Positions 43,470-53,568 are shown, counted from the first letter of the stretch. The stretch: 60,007 nt of DNA from Desulfurococcaceae archaeon (GCA_020833255.1 JAJHQR010000002.1:1-60007), one strand, 5' to 3'. The notes: a model not told the origin generated them from the sequence alone. Numbers and translations: made by a program.

Positions 43470-44024
43470 TTGAGTAGCGACATAACTTACTGTGAGATGT
43501 GCGGCAAGCCTATGAGGAAGAGGGAAGCTAAGGTAGTCTACGTTGAGGGAACTAGGCTAGTCCTGTGTTCTTCTTGTTATTCCAAGGTTTCTAAGAGGGC
43601 TGTGAGCGCTGAGTTGAGGGAGTCCGCACAGAAGAATGAGTTAGCTCGCCCAAGCCCGGGCAAACCCGGCTTAACCACGCAAAAAGCTATCAAGACGTCC
43701 CTGAAAACCGGTAAGGCGGTAGACGAGTACGAGGTGGTTCCGGATTATCATGAGAGGGTAAGAAAAGCTAGGGAGAAGCTGGGGTGGTCGCAGAAAGTAC
43801 TCGCTAACGCCGTTAAGGAGAGCGAGAACGTCATTAAGAGGATAGAGGCAGGGCGTCTCGTACCCTCAATAGACTTAGCTCGCAAGCTAGAGAATGTGCT
43901 TAAGATACAGCTACTAGAACCCGTAGTTGACACAGAAGTTAGTACTTCGAAGAACTTAGGTAAGGGTAGTACGGGGCTCACGATAGGTGACGTAATGGTT
44001 TTAAGAAAAGAGGAGAAGAAATAA
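43470..44024 (+). CDS. mbf1: Archaeal multiprotein-bridging factor 1 (zinc ribbon plus Cro/C1-type HTH)
   Basis: N-terminal CEMCGK..CSSC ribbon and a C-terminal HTH (REKLGWSQKVLANAVKESENVIKRIEAGRLVP). Confidence 0.85.
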   Translation: MSSDITYCEMCGKPMRKREAKVVYVEGTRLVLCSSCYSKVSKRAVSAELRESAQKNELARPSPGKPGLTTQKAIKTSLKTGKAVDEYEVVPDYHERVRKAREKLGWSQKVLANAVKESENVIKRIEAGRLVPSIDLARKLENVLKIQLLEPVVDTEVSTSKNLGKGSTGLTIGDVMVLRKEEKK

Positions 44025-45173
44025 TTGATGAGCTCGAAGACTATACTGGTGAGTAAGGAAAGAGACTTGAGTGAGGCACTCTCCCTAGCCGACACCATAC
44101 ATCTAAACGTGATCAAGAAGCTCATACTACGAAACGACTATAGACCTGACAGGAACTACTTCCTCAACATGAGGTTACTGAACGAGGTTAAGGAATTCCT
44201 CGAATCCCTCAACTCAGGCAAGACAACGGTAGACTCTATCTATATTTACGAGGTCCTACACCCACGCCAAGTAGTTAACCTAGTGAAAGAGTTGAAAGTA
44301 AGCGTCAGAGACAAGATATTGATGGTTCTCGAGATATTCGCTAACCACGCAGGATCTAAGGAAGCTAAGCTGCAGATAGAGATGGCTGAAATAACTTATC
44401 AGCTCCCCATCATTAAGGAATGGATACGGAAAGCTAAGCTTGGCGAGCTACCGGGCTTCATGGGTCCGGGAGAGTACGCTACGGAGACGTACTACAACCA
44501 CATGAGGAGGAGACTCACGAGGATAAGGAGAGACCTGAACGAGCTGAGGGTTAGGAGGAGGAGGGAGAGGGAGTTTAGGGTTTCTAAGGGATTCCCCCAC
44601 GTAGCGATCTCAGGCTACGCTAACGCGGGGAAGACGACTTTATTTAACTCCTTAACTAAGCTAAGTAAGCCCACAGGCCCCGAGATGTTCACGACCATCT
44701 CCCCTAAGGCAGCGCTAGCTCCGATAGATTGCTCGGAAGTAGTGTTCGTCGATACCGTGGGATTCATAAGAGACTTACCCCCGGAAGTCATAGAAGCTTT
44801 CTACGCTACGCTGGAGGAGATCTCACTATCTGATTTATCTGTTTTAGTCTTAGATTCCTCTGAACCCTTAAGCGTTATCGAGTCGAAGTTGAGGGCTTCC
44901 TTAAACATATTATCTAAGATAGGGTACTTCGGCAAACCACTCGTCGTGGCTCTAAACAAGATAGATTTAAGTAATGACCTAGAAGATGTGGAGGAGCTAG
45001 TAAAGAAATACATGTCCTCCAACTACTTATGGAGTTGGCGTTTAGTGAGGGTTTCCGCTCTAAGAGGAGATGGCTTGACAGAGCTTAAGAAGACCTTGTG
45101 CGAGCTCCTACCACCTAAAAGCGCTGAAAACGTGAAGACTAGGGCGAAGATAGATTTTAAAGCACCTCTCTGA
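44025..45173 (+). CDS. hflX: GTPase HflX
   Basis: HflX N-domain followed by G1 GYANAGKTTLFNSLT, G3 DTVGF and G4 NKID. Confidence 0.9.
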   Translation: MMSSKTILVSKERDLSEALSLADTIHLNVIKKLILRNDYRPDRNYFLNMRLLNEVKEFLESLNSGKTTVDSIYIYEVLHPRQVVNLVKELKVSVRDKILMVLEIFANHAGSKEAKLQIEMAEITYQLPIIKEWIRKAKLGELPGFMGPGEYATETYYNHMRRRLTRIRRDLNELRVRRRREREFRVSKGFPHVAISGYANAGKTTLFNSLTKLSKPTGPEMFTTISPKAALAPIDCSEVVFVDTVGFIRDLPPEVIEAFYATLEEISLSDLSVLVLDSSEPLSVIESKLRASLNILSKIGYFGKPLVVALNKIDLSNDLEDVEELVKKYMSSNYLWSWRLVRVSALRGDGLTELKKTLCELLPPKSAENVKTRAKIDFKAPL

Positions 45174-45245
45174 TACGGAAAGCGTAAAAGTATTTAAGCA
45201 CTTATCACCAAAACATTTAGGATCATAGATGGTCGGGTGTGACTG

Positions 45246-46265
45246 ATGGCTAGGAGGAAGTGGAGTGCTCCGCGCAGGGGTTCTTTAGGCGTTAGGCCTA
45301 GGAAGAGAGCCGCTGAGTTCGTGCCTTCCGTGAGGTCGTGGCCTGAGGTATCGTTAGAGAGTCCTAGACCCCTCGCTTTCTTAGGTTATAAGGTCGGCAT
45401 GACTCACGTAATATTAGTTGATGATCGTCCTGGGAGACCGACTTACGGGCAGGAAATCTTCGTTCCTGTAACAGTTATCGAGACTCCCCCGATGATACCC
45501 CTAGCTGCCAGGTTTTATGAAGCCACCGTATCAGGCCTTAAGACCTTGACTGAGGTCTGGACAAGACCTCCTGAGGAGTTAGAGATTCACAGGAGGATCA
45601 AGACTCTCTCAGTTTCTACGGACGCGCTCGAGGAAACTATTAAGAAACTCGACGGAATGAAAGACAGCATCGCTAGGGTATCCCTCATAATGGCCTCACA
45701 ACCTAAGCTAACCGGAGGTCTCAGTAAGAAAGTCCCTGACGTAATTGAGGTTAGGCTTGGCGGCGGGGATGTGGGAGCTCAGGTAGAGTACGCTGTAGGG
45801 GTTCTCGGCAAGCCCCTGAGAATTTTCGACGTCTTCAGCGCCGGGCAATTCGTGGACGTTATAGGGGTTACTAAGGGTAAGGGCTTTCAAGGAGTGATAA
45901 AGAGGTTTGGGGTTAGGGAATTACCTAAGTGGCATAAGCATAGGAAGGGTCATAGGAGGATAGGTGCTAGGAGCCCTGCGTTCGGCGCTATAAGCCCGGT
46001 CCCGCAACCAGGTCAGATGGGGTTCCATAGGAGGACCGAGTACAATAAGAGGATACTCATCATGGGTGATGACGGGAGTAAGATAACCCCCGTGAGCAGC
46101 TTCCCGCACTACGGTCAGGTAAGGACCGATTACGTAGTCCTCGCAGGTTCTGTGCAGGGAACCCCTAAGAGACCGCTAGTCCTTAGATGGCCTATCAGAC
46201 CCCCGAGCTGGGCGCCGGACAAAGCTCCTAAGATTGTTTATATAAGTCTTGAAAGCAAGATTTGA
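45246..46265 (+). CDS. rpl3: 50S ribosomal protein L3 (uL3)
   Basis: MARRKWSAPRRGSLGVRPRKRA... and FLGYKVGMTHV are canonical. Confidence 0.95.
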   Translation: MARRKWSAPRRGSLGVRPRKRAAEFVPSVRSWPEVSLESPRPLAFLGYKVGMTHVILVDDRPGRPTYGQEIFVPVTVIETPPMIPLAARFYEATVSGLKTLTEVWTRPPEELEIHRRIKTLSVSTDALEETIKKLDGMKDSIARVSLIMASQPKLTGGLSKKVPDVIEVRLGGGDVGAQVEYAVGVLGKPLRIFDVFSAGQFVDVIGVTKGKGFQGVIKRFGVRELPKWHKHRKGHRRIGARSPAFGAISPVPQPGQMGFHRRTEYNKRILIMGDDGSKITPVSSFPHYGQVRTDYVVLAGSVQGTPKRPLVLRWPIRPPSWAPDKAPKIVYISLESKI

Positions 46266-46281
46266 GTCAAGGTGTTGAGCG

Positions 46282-47094
46282 ATGGCTGAGAAGCTACTCA
46301 TTAGCGAGAAAATCGTTGAGAAGAGAGTTCCAGTGTATGACGCAACCGGTAACGTGGTCGGTGATGTTGTACTCCCAAGCGTTTTTTCCTTTCCTGTGAG
46401 GAAGGACTTGATTAGGAGAGCTTTCTTATCCTCCTTTACTGCTAGACTACAACCTAAGGGGAGGGACCCCTTAGCCGGTAAGAGAAGAGTTGGTGAGTCG
46501 TGGGGTATAGGGCATAGCGTTGCCAGAGTACCTAGACTCGATAACGGCCGCGCTGTCTTCGCCCCTATGACTAGGGGCGGCAGATTAGCTCACCCGCCGA
46601 AAGTAGATAAAGTTATTGTGGAGGAGATTAACCAGAAGGAGAGGGTCAGAGCTATCGCTTCAGCCATAGCCGCGACCAGCCACCCAGAATTAGTTAGGTT
46701 GAGGGGGCATACATTCGAGAAGGAGGTCCTGCCAGTCGTAGTTGAGGATCAGGCTCTAAACGTTGCTAGGACTAGCGACGCCAGGAAGCTACTCAAGAAT
46801 TTAGGGGTTTTCACGGATGTTGAGAGGGTGCGTGAGAAGACCAGGATCAGGGCTGGTAAGGGGAAGATGAGGGGTAGGAGGTACGTGGAGCCTAAGTCCC
46901 TCTTAATCGTAGTACATGATGAGAAGCTCGACTCTTATAAAGCTTTCAGAAACTTGCCCGGGGTGGACGTAGTTCCCGTTAGTATGTTAAGCGTCATACA
47001 CCTAGCTCCGGGAGGTGTTCCCGGCAGGCTAACCATATACACTAAGTCCGCTCTAGAAATGCTTGGGAAGAGGTTTGAGGTGATGGGTATTTGA
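46282..47094 (+). CDS. rpl4: 50S ribosomal protein L4 (uL4)
   Basis: Position after L3, plus the [15 protein letters not shown] and [12 protein letters not shown] blocks. Confidence 0.95.
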   Translation: MAEKLLISEKIVEKRVPVYDATGNVVGDVVLPSVFSFPVRKDLIRRAFLSSFTARLQPKGRDPLAGKRRVGESWGIGHSVARVPRLDNGRAVFAPMTRGGRLAHPPKVDKVIVEEINQKERVRAIASAIAATSHPELVRLRGHTFEKEVLPVVVEDQALNVARTSDARKLLKNLGVFTDVERVREKTRIRAGKGKMRGRRYVEPKSLLIVVHDEKLDSYKAFRNLPGVDVVPVSMLSVIHLAPGGVPGRLTIYTKSALEMLGKRFEVMGI

Positions 47095-47354
47095 AGGATC
47101 CCGCGTCCATAATTAAGAGATCTTTAGCTACTGAGAAGTCTCTATCATTAATAGAGAAGAACAACACACTGGTTTTCATAGTCGACTTAAGAGCTAGTAA
47201 GAGTGATATAAGGGAGGCTGTAGAGAAGCTCTTCAACGTTAAGGTAGAGAAGGTGAACACGTTGATAACTATGAAGGGGGAGAAGAAAGCTTACGTTAAG
47301 CTTAAGCCGGAGTATAAGGCTAGTGAAATCGCGACTAGGTTAGGTCTTATTTAG
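47091..47354 (+). CDS. rpl23: 50S ribosomal protein L23 (uL23)
   Basis: 87 aa with [30 protein letters not shown]. It overlaps L4 by 4 nt. Confidence 0.95.
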   Translation: MKDPASIIKRSLATEKSLSLIEKNNTLVFIVDLRASKSDIREAVEKLFNVKVEKVNTLITMKGEKKAYVKLKPEYKASEIATRLGLI

Positions 47355-47368
47355 TTAGGTGGTGCCAG

Positions 47369-48085
47369 GTGGGTAAGAAGACGCTTCAGCAGAGAGCGGG
47401 GCGCGGCGGACAAAACTTCAGGAGTCCTTCACACACCAGAGTTGCTGAGAGTAAGTATCCCCCACCCACTGATAGCACGTATAGGGGGGTGGTTGCTGAA
47501 CTACTGCACGACCCTGGCAGGTGGGTCCCCCTAGCTAGGATAGTTCTAGAGAATGGTAACGAGTATTACATACCGGCGTCTGAGGGTATGTACGTAGGGC
47601 AGGAAGTCTTCATAGGTCCTGAAGCACCCGTAAGCGTGGGATGCACCCTCCCGCTAGGCAAGATACCTGAGGGCACTAAGATCTACAACATAGAGTTAAG
47701 ACCTGGTGACGGCGGTAAGCTGGCTCGGCAAGCTGGGAGTTACGCTATAGTTCTCGGCAGATCTGATAAGTACACGATAGTTCTCCTACCTAGTAAGAGG
47801 CAGAAGAGTATTTTGAGCACCGCTAGAGCTACTATAGGGGTTCCTGCAGGTGCTGGGAGGCCTGAGAAACCGTTACTCAAGGCTGGCGCCGCCTACCATA
47901 AGTGGAAGGTGAAAGCTCATAAATGGCCTAGGGTTAGGGGAGTAGCCATGAACGCTGTCAGCCACAAGTTCGGCGGCGGGCATCACCAAAGAAAGTCACA
48001 CCCGTCCACAGTATCCAGAAACGCGCCGCCGGGTAGGAAGGTAGGGCACATAGCCGCTAGGAGGACAGGTCTTAGGAAGAGGTAG
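47369..48085 (+). CDS. rpl2: 50S ribosomal protein L2 (uL2)
   Basis: GKLARQAGSYA, RGVAMNAVSHKFGGGHHQ and the basic tail are canonical. Confidence 0.95.
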   Translation: MGKKTLQQRAGRGGQNFRSPSHTRVAESKYPPPTDSTYRGVVAELLHDPGRWVPLARIVLENGNEYYIPASEGMYVGQEVFIGPEAPVSVGCTLPLGKIPEGTKIYNIELRPGDGGKLARQAGSYAIVLGRSDKYTIVLLPSKRQKSILSTARATIGVPAGAGRPEKPLLKAGAAYHKWKVKAHKWPRVRGVAMNAVSHKFGGGHHQRKSHPSTVSRNAPPGRKVGHIAARRTGLRKR

Positions 48086-48137
48086 GCTAGCTTTCTTTGA
48101 TAATCACGTCCGGCAAATGAAGCGGACCCACCCTCAT

Positions 48138-48881
48138 TTATTTTTCGTTCGCGGATTTATTCACGCAATACTTGCGGAGGACTTCCTTTATTACGTCTGT
48201 TGTCGACATTAAGTGACCCCCCACTCTCTCACCCAATCTTTCCACGGTCAGGTTCAGACCTAGTCTCTCACTATTTCGTATTAGGGTATGCTCGTCTATG
48301 GGTTGGTCAGGACCTAACAATATGATGTCCGGTCTTACCTTAATCACGGGCTTCATGAAGTCTTCCTCGTCACCCAGTATCGCCTCGTACACGTACTTGA
48401 GTGAGGAAACCAGGGTGAGTCTCGATCTCTCGTCTAGCACGGGCTCCCTCCCCTTTATCCTCTTTACTACAGAGTCTCTAGCCACCACCGCGTACACTAA
48501 GCCTTTCTCATGAGCTTTCTTCACGTAATGTATGTGTCCTGGATGCAGCAAGTCGAAGGTTCCTCCCACAAGGACCTTCCTAGGTTTCTCTCTCACCCAC
48601 TCGAATTCGACACTACCCGTCAACCTTAAAGCGTCTAGTAATCCCTCGCTGTAAGCCACGCACGATAGCGACGTCACGTAATCGCCGAGACTAAAGTAGT
48701 GCTTAGCGTCACTTAAGTAGAGGGCCGCAAGCCTTATCACCTCGCTCACCTCCCTACCACTACTCACCACTCTCAAAGTCTTCAATGCTTTCTCAACCAT
48801 GTCTATGTACGTTCTAAGCCTTACTTGCGTGCTCTCTGAAGTCATCGTACAGCCCCGAAAAATAAACTTCGCGTGCAACAT
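48138..48881 (-). CDS. Cytidylyltransferase-family protein, probably FAD synthase (RibL-type), with an N-terminal helical extension (DUF357-like)
   Basis: GGTFDLLHPGHIHYVKKAHE (HxGH), ARDSVVKRIKGREPV, EAILGDEED and RPDIILLGPDQ follow the archaeal RibL pattern. The likely start is the ATG at 48845. Confidence 0.65.
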   Translation of the reverse strand: MLHAKFIFRGCTMTSESTQVRLRTYIDMVEKALKTLRVVSSGREVSEVIRLAALYLSDAKHYFSLGDYVTSLSCVAYSEGLLDALRLTGSVEFEWVREKPRKVLVGGTFDLLHPGHIHYVKKAHEKGLVYAVVARDSVVKRIKGREPVLDERSRLTLVSSLKYVYEAILGDEEDFMKPVIKVRPDIILLGPDQPIDEHTLIRNSERLGLNLTVERLGERVGGHLMSTTDVIKEVLRKYCVNKSANEK

Positions 48882-48970
48882 ATTATAAATATCTTAACCC
48901 TACTCCACCGTCTTGGTCGCGGACGCGAGATCTAATATTTTAAGGTGTTCAATAATACTTGGTGGTTTAA

Positions 48971-49690
48971 GTGGTTACTGAGTTGCTGTTCCAGAAAGAC
49001 AGCTATTTAAGGAGGTTTGAAGCAGTTGTGGTAGGGTTGACTAGTGACGGCGTAATCTTAGATAAGACCGCTTTCCACCCCACTTCCGGAGGGGTAGCTA
49101 ACGATACTGGCTGGCTATACTCTGGTGAGAGGAGGTATGAGGTCAGGGACGTAATAATCGATAAGAGTTCAGGCGAGGTCATTCACGTACTCGACAGCCT
49201 TGAAGGTTTGAAACCCGGCTCCTCAGTCATAGGCGAGTTAAACTGGGAGAGGAGGTATAGGCTCATGAGGCTGCACACAGCTGCACACATACTTTCCGCG
49301 GTTATGTACTCTAAGTACAGCTCCCTAGTCACTGGAGGTAGTGTCGAGCCGGATAAAGCTAAGGAAGACTATGACATACAAGGAGATGAGAAAGAGGTTT
49401 TCAGTAAGGCTGCGGAGGAGGTCAACGAGATAATAAAGAGGGGTATAGAAGTAAAGATTTACTGGCTCAATAGAGAGGAAGCCATGAAAATACCTGGTAT
49501 AGTGAAACTGGCTGCTAGGATGCCGCCAAACATAGAGACCTTAAGGATAGTGGAGATACCGGGGGTCGACATACAGGCTGACGGAGGACCCCACGTCAAG
49601 AACACGATCGAGATAGGTAAGTTCGTTCTCTTAAAAACGGAGAACAGAGGTAAGAAAAGAAAGAGGATATACTACACGGTAGAACCTTAA
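48971..49690 (+). CDS. alaX: Alanyl-tRNA editing protein AlaX
   Basis: FHPTSGGVANDTG and the MRLHTAAHIL (HxxxH) zinc motif of the AlaX/ThrRS second additional domain. Confidence 0.85.
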   Translation: MVTELLFQKDSYLRRFEAVVVGLTSDGVILDKTAFHPTSGGVANDTGWLYSGERRYEVRDVIIDKSSGEVIHVLDSLEGLKPGSSVIGELNWERRYRLMRLHTAAHILSAVMYSKYSSLVTGGSVEPDKAKEDYDIQGDEKEVFSKAAEEVNEIIKRGIEVKIYWLNREEAMKIPGIVKLAARMPPNIETLRIVEIPGVDIQADGGPHVKNTIEIGKFVLLKTENRGKKRKRIYYTVEP

Positions 49691-49866
49691 TTAATAAACT
49701 CAAAACACCTACAGACCCCTCAAACAATCACGCCAGGTTAGTTAATTCTAGGAGCCTCAAAGACTTGCTTACGAGTCTATCCGTTTGAAAAATTAAGAGA
49801 ATGTTGCGGTTTTTTAATGGAAAGATTTAAATATCCCTATACTTATATATTATTTGGTGAACAAAA

Positions 49867-50568
49867 ATGCCAGGTTTAATACCCTTGATCGGCGAGCCCT
49901 TCCCGAGACTCGAGGTAGTCACTAACTACGGTAAGAAGACTTTACCAGACGACTATAAGGGTAAGTGGTTCATTCTCTTTAGCCACCCCGCAGATTTCAC
50001 ACCGGTATGCACTACCGAGTTCGTGGCTTTCGCTATCAGGTACGAAGACTTCAAGAAACTCAACACCGAGCTCATAGGATTGAGTGTGGACAGTAACTAT
50101 AGCCATATTAAGTGGGTTGAGTGGATAAAAGAGAAACTAGGTTACGAGATACCGTTCCCCATAATAGCGGATCCCAGGGGTCAGGTAGCTGAGAAGCTCG
50201 GATTACTTCACGCTGAATCAACAACGGCTACCGTCAGAGCTGTATTCGTGGTGGATCCTGAAGGTATTATAAGAGTAATATTATACTATCCTCTAGAGCT
50301 AGGCAGGAATATCGACGAGATACTCAGGATACTGAAAGCGCTGCAAGTACATGAAGAACACGGCGTAGCCATACCCGCCAACTGGCCTAACAACGAGTTA
50401 ATAGGTGAGAGAGCTATTATACCGCCCCCGTCAACCATGGATGAAGCTTCTGAGAGACTGAGGAAGTACACGTGCTTTGACTGGTGGTTCTGCCATAAGG
50501 AAGTTCCATCAAAGGATGCGGCTGAGGCAAGAGCCTACCTAAAGAGAGTGGCTGAAGCTCGTAAGTAG
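49867..50568 (+). CDS. Peroxiredoxin (archaeal Prx6-like type)
   Basis: [17 protein letters not shown] peroxidatic-Cys motif and the C-terminal extension typical of archaeal Prx. Confidence 0.9.
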   Translation: MPGLIPLIGEPFPRLEVVTNYGKKTLPDDYKGKWFILFSHPADFTPVCTTEFVAFAIRYEDFKKLNTELIGLSVDSNYSHIKWVEWIKEKLGYEIPFPIIADPRGQVAEKLGLLHAESTTATVRAVFVVDPEGIIRVILYYPLELGRNIDEILRILKALQVHEEHGVAIPANWPNNELIGERAIIPPPSTMDEASERLRKYTCFDWWFCHKEVPSKDAAEARAYLKRVAEARK

Positions 50569-50670
50569 TTCGTGTACCTCAAACATAGAAAACATTTTAT
50601 TTTTATTTGAGGAAAGCCCCCACTAACGCTTAGGTTTTAAGGATTTCCTAACTATATTATAGGGGTTCAC

Positions 50671-51894
50671 ATGAAAACAGTTGAGGTTAGGGAGGTTCTG
50701 AAAGACTTAATAGTCTTAAGAGCTGTTGACAGAGACATAAAGTATTTTGAATCACTTTGGGAGATACCTGAGGGCGTTACCTACAACTCATACGTCTTAA
50801 GAACTAGTGAGGGGTCAATCCTCTTCGATACCGTGAAACACGGTTTCTCGGAAGAATACGTTGACGCTCTTAGGAGAGTCACTGATTTAAGGGATATTAA
50901 GTACGTGGTTATCCAGCACATGGAACCCGATCACAGCAGCTCTCTGAAAGCATTAAGTAACTTAAGCGATTTTAGAGCTGAAGTCTTAGGACACCCGCTA
51001 ACAGCTAAGCTGATAAAATCCCTTCTAGGCATAGACGTTAAGTTCAGGCCTGTGAGGGACGGCGAGGTATTAAGGCTAGATGACATAACGTTGAAGTTCC
51101 TGCATACACCTTGGTTACATTGGCCGGAGACTATCTTCACCCACATAGAAGAACTCAGTGCTTTAATGACTTGCGACGCTTTCGGCGCCTACTCCGTACC
51201 TCCATACTCGATAAGCGATTTAACCCTTCTGAGGACAGACTACGTCAAATACATGAGGAAATACTTCGTCAACATAATAGGGCATTACAGAGATAATGTC
51301 GTTAAAGCTTTAGATAAGCTCTCCACACTTAACTTAAAGATCGAGTTAATAGCTCCATCCCACGGCGCCGTCTTATCAGGAGCTGACGTCATTAAGGAAG
51401 TGCTTAACCTCTACCGTTCATGGGCTGAGGCCGTGCCGAAAGATAAGAAGGTAGTCATCCTCTACACGTCTATGTACGGCTACAACGAAGAAATAATTAG
51501 AAAACTCTTGAGCGCTGTAAGCAAAGATAACGTGGACGTTAAAGTATTCAGGTTCACGTCGTATCATAGAGACAACGTCTCGGACTTCCTAGGGGAAGTA
51601 ATTGACGCTAAGGTAATCGTCATAGCTACTTCAACATACGATAACTCCGTTTTCCCCATAACTAAATACTTGCTGGAGGTATTGCTGAGTAAATCAAACG
51701 CTGAGAAACCCGTATACCTCATAACTACGTACGGCTGGAACGACGCGGCATCAAGAGAGTTGAAGAATATCCTAATGAAGTCTAAATTCAAGCTCTCCAG
51801 GGAGTTATCTGTTAATAGCTTGCTCACGGAAGCAGACCTTCAAAAACTAAACGATATTAGTAAGGAGATCCTGACGTATTTAGATATTTCTTGA
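50671..51894 (+). CDS. fprA: Flavodiiron protein (FprA-type A flavoprotein)
   Basis: Metallo-beta-lactamase-like diiron motif QHMEPDHSS plus a C-terminal flavodoxin-like domain (VVILYTSMYGYNE). Confidence 0.85.
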   Translation: MKTVEVREVLKDLIVLRAVDRDIKYFESLWEIPEGVTYNSYVLRTSEGSILFDTVKHGFSEEYVDALRRVTDLRDIKYVVIQHMEPDHSSSLKALSNLSDFRAEVLGHPLTAKLIKSLLGIDVKFRPVRDGEVLRLDDITLKFLHTPWLHWPETIFTHIEELSALMTCDAFGAYSVPPYSISDLTLLRTDYVKYMRKYFVNIIGHYRDNVVKALDKLSTLNLKIELIAPSHGAVLSGADVIKEVLNLYRSWAEAVPKDKKVVILYTSMYGYNEEIIRKLLSAVSKDNVDVKVFRFTSYHRDNVSDFLGEVIDAKVIVIATSTYDNSVFPITKYLLEVLLSKSNAEKPVYLITTYGWNDAASRELKNILMKSKFKLSRELSVNSLLTEADLQKLNDISKEILTYLDIS

Positions 51895-52013
51895 CAATGC
51901 TTCACTACCAAGTTGTTAGAATATAGTGAGTCGAGCACGATCAGAGTATTTATAACTTACTTTATTGAGAAAATAGCTAACGTTTTTTAGGTATTGAATT
52001 TGAAATAATAAAT

Positions 52014-52388
52014 TTACTCGACTTTAATTTCTTTCCTAGCTTCCCATAAGCCGTGTAGGTTGCAATACTCTACAGCGTATATGACTCCGCTCTTCTTCAG
52101 CTTCACCTTAAATCTTACTTCCGGCTCACTATAAACAGGTTCTAGTTCCGTGGTCGCTAATCTTATCGGGTTAAACGACCTACCTTCCTCGTAGAAGTAG
52201 AGCTCTATTCTCCTGATAGAGTGCTCCACGGTGTTTGGATGAGGTCCTACGAAAACCTTAACTTCGAATGCTTCGTTAGCTTTCACGGTATCAGGCGCCT
52301 CTATCTTCGGGGTATGCGTCTCAACCTTCGTTATCGCTTCGCCAGGAGCTCTTTCCTGACTATATATTAACTCACTAAAGCTCTTCAT
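52014..52388 (-). CDS. sor: Superoxide reductase (1Fe-SOR / neelaredoxin type)
   Basis: 124 aa with ETHTPKIEAP, HPNTVEHSIRRIELY and CNLHGLWE ligand motifs. Confidence 0.9.
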   Translation of the reverse strand: MKSFSELIYSQERAPGEAITKVETHTPKIEAPDTVKANEAFEVKVFVGPHPNTVEHSIRRIELYFYEEGRSFNPIRLATTELEPVYSEPEVRFKVKLKKSGVIYAVEYCNLHGLWEARKEIKVE

Positions 52389-52542
52389 TTAAGACTCACC
52401 GTTAACAAATCGTTCTTGAGGTTAATAAAGATTAACACACTTAACCAAACATGACGTTATATTAATTGATCTGCTTGAATATTTTCATGCATGACTTTAA
52501 ATCGATCAATCAATTAAAGCAATTCTTTAAAGGGAGGACTGA

Positions 52543-53112
52543 CTACTTAAATCTTTCCTCTCTCCAAACGTTCCCTCTGCTGTGGTAACCTAGGGCCTCC
52601 CAATACCCGTCCTTATACTCTTTAGTGAATATGATTTCAGCCACCCATTTAGCGCTTTTCCAGCCGTAGAGATGCGGTATGAAAATCCTGGCTGGGAAAC
52701 CCTGCTCAAGACTTAGGGGTCTCCCATTAATTCTTAACGCAAGGATCCCCCTCTCATCAAGGAAATCCTCGTACGGTATCACCGTGGTGTATTTATCTAA
52801 GCTCCTAACGTAAACCCATTCAACACCTTTCAAGGGCTGTGCCTCCATTACGAGCTTACGTAACGAGACACCCTCCCAAACAACACCCCTCACAGACCAT
52901 CCAGTAACGCAGTGAAAGTCTGAGACGTAAGACGTATCAACGATCTTCAGTAAGTCTTCGTAAGCGTATGTTAGAGGCTTGCTCACATCACCTAATACCC
53001 TGAGTCTCCAAGAATTGATATCTACCTCCGGCTGACCGAGGATCCTATAGATTATGAAGTTCGGAACAGCCCTCTGCCCGGGAGGTAAGGAATCAGGACC
53101 TCTCAAAAACAA
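52543..53112 (-). CDS. Sulfite-oxidase-fold molybdopterin oxidoreductase (YedY/MsrP-like catalytic domain)
   Basis: LPPGQ near the N-terminus, FHCVTGWS (Mo-ligand Cys) and GYWE near the C-terminus. Confidence 0.8.
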   Translation of the reverse strand: MFLRGPDSLPPGQRAVPNFIIYRILGQPEVDINSWRLRVLGDVSKPLTYAYEDLLKIVDTSYVSDFHCVTGWSVRGVVWEGVSLRKLVMEAQPLKGVEWVYVRSLDKYTTVIPYEDFLDERGILALRINGRPLSLEQGFPARIFIPHLYGWKSAKWVAEIIFTKEYKDGYWEALGYHSRGNVWREERFK

Positions 53113-53428
53113 TCCCCGAACTAATAGTGCATAAAGACTTAATTAATTTATTGCAGTAAGCCACAAACCTGCAAGTACCAACGTAATCTCCCCCGTGAAA
53201 AACCTTGTAAGAGTATAAAATATAATCAGAACCTATGACCTCATTATCGCTAAACACCACCTTAAGATCCCCAACGCCTAGAGTTCTACTCATGAACTCG
53301 CTAATTAGGGAAGCGTGCTCGTGTAAATCCTCAATAAAGAAGATATCCTTAGGTTCATGACTACATAGGAAAACAAACTTAATTCCCTTAGGAGCGAGTG
53401 CTTCAGGACTGGACAGCCAGCACTCCAC
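53093..53428 (-). CDS. Hypothetical protein
   Basis: 111-aa ORF overlapping the downstream oxidoreductase start by 20 nt. No family recognised. Confidence 0.35.
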   Translation of the reverse strand: MECWLSSPEALAPKGIKFVFLCSHEPKDIFFIEDLHEHASLISEFMSRTLGVGDLKVVFSDNEVIGSDYILYSYKVFHGGDYVGTCRFVAYCNKLIKSLCTISSGIVFERS

Positions 53429-53480
53429 GAATTATCCCACCTCATTATAGGATAATGAAGTTAAATAAGGGGTTGTTTGG

Positions 53481-53568
53481 TAGCCGGGCGGGGATTCGAA
53501 CCCCGGTCACGGGGGTTCTTCCCACGTGGTCCAAAGCCCCGCATCCTTGGCCGCTAGACGACCCGGCT
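53481..53568 (-). tRNA. tRNA-Gln (anticodon TTG) with a ~15-nt intron; CCA is encoded just downstream (53478-53480)
   Basis: The minus strand reads AGCCGGG TC GTCT AGCGGCCAA GGAT G CGGGG CTTTGG[ACCACGTGGGAAGAA]C CCCCG TGAC CGGGG TTCGAAT CCCCG CCCGGCT A CCA. The acceptor stem AGCCGGG/CCCGGCT is typical of archaeal tRNA-Gln. Confidence 0.85.

Noticed and set aside
43748-44125. 125-aa minus-strand ORF across the mbf1/hflX junction
   Set aside because: It is antisense to two confident genes, and its product is low-complexity.
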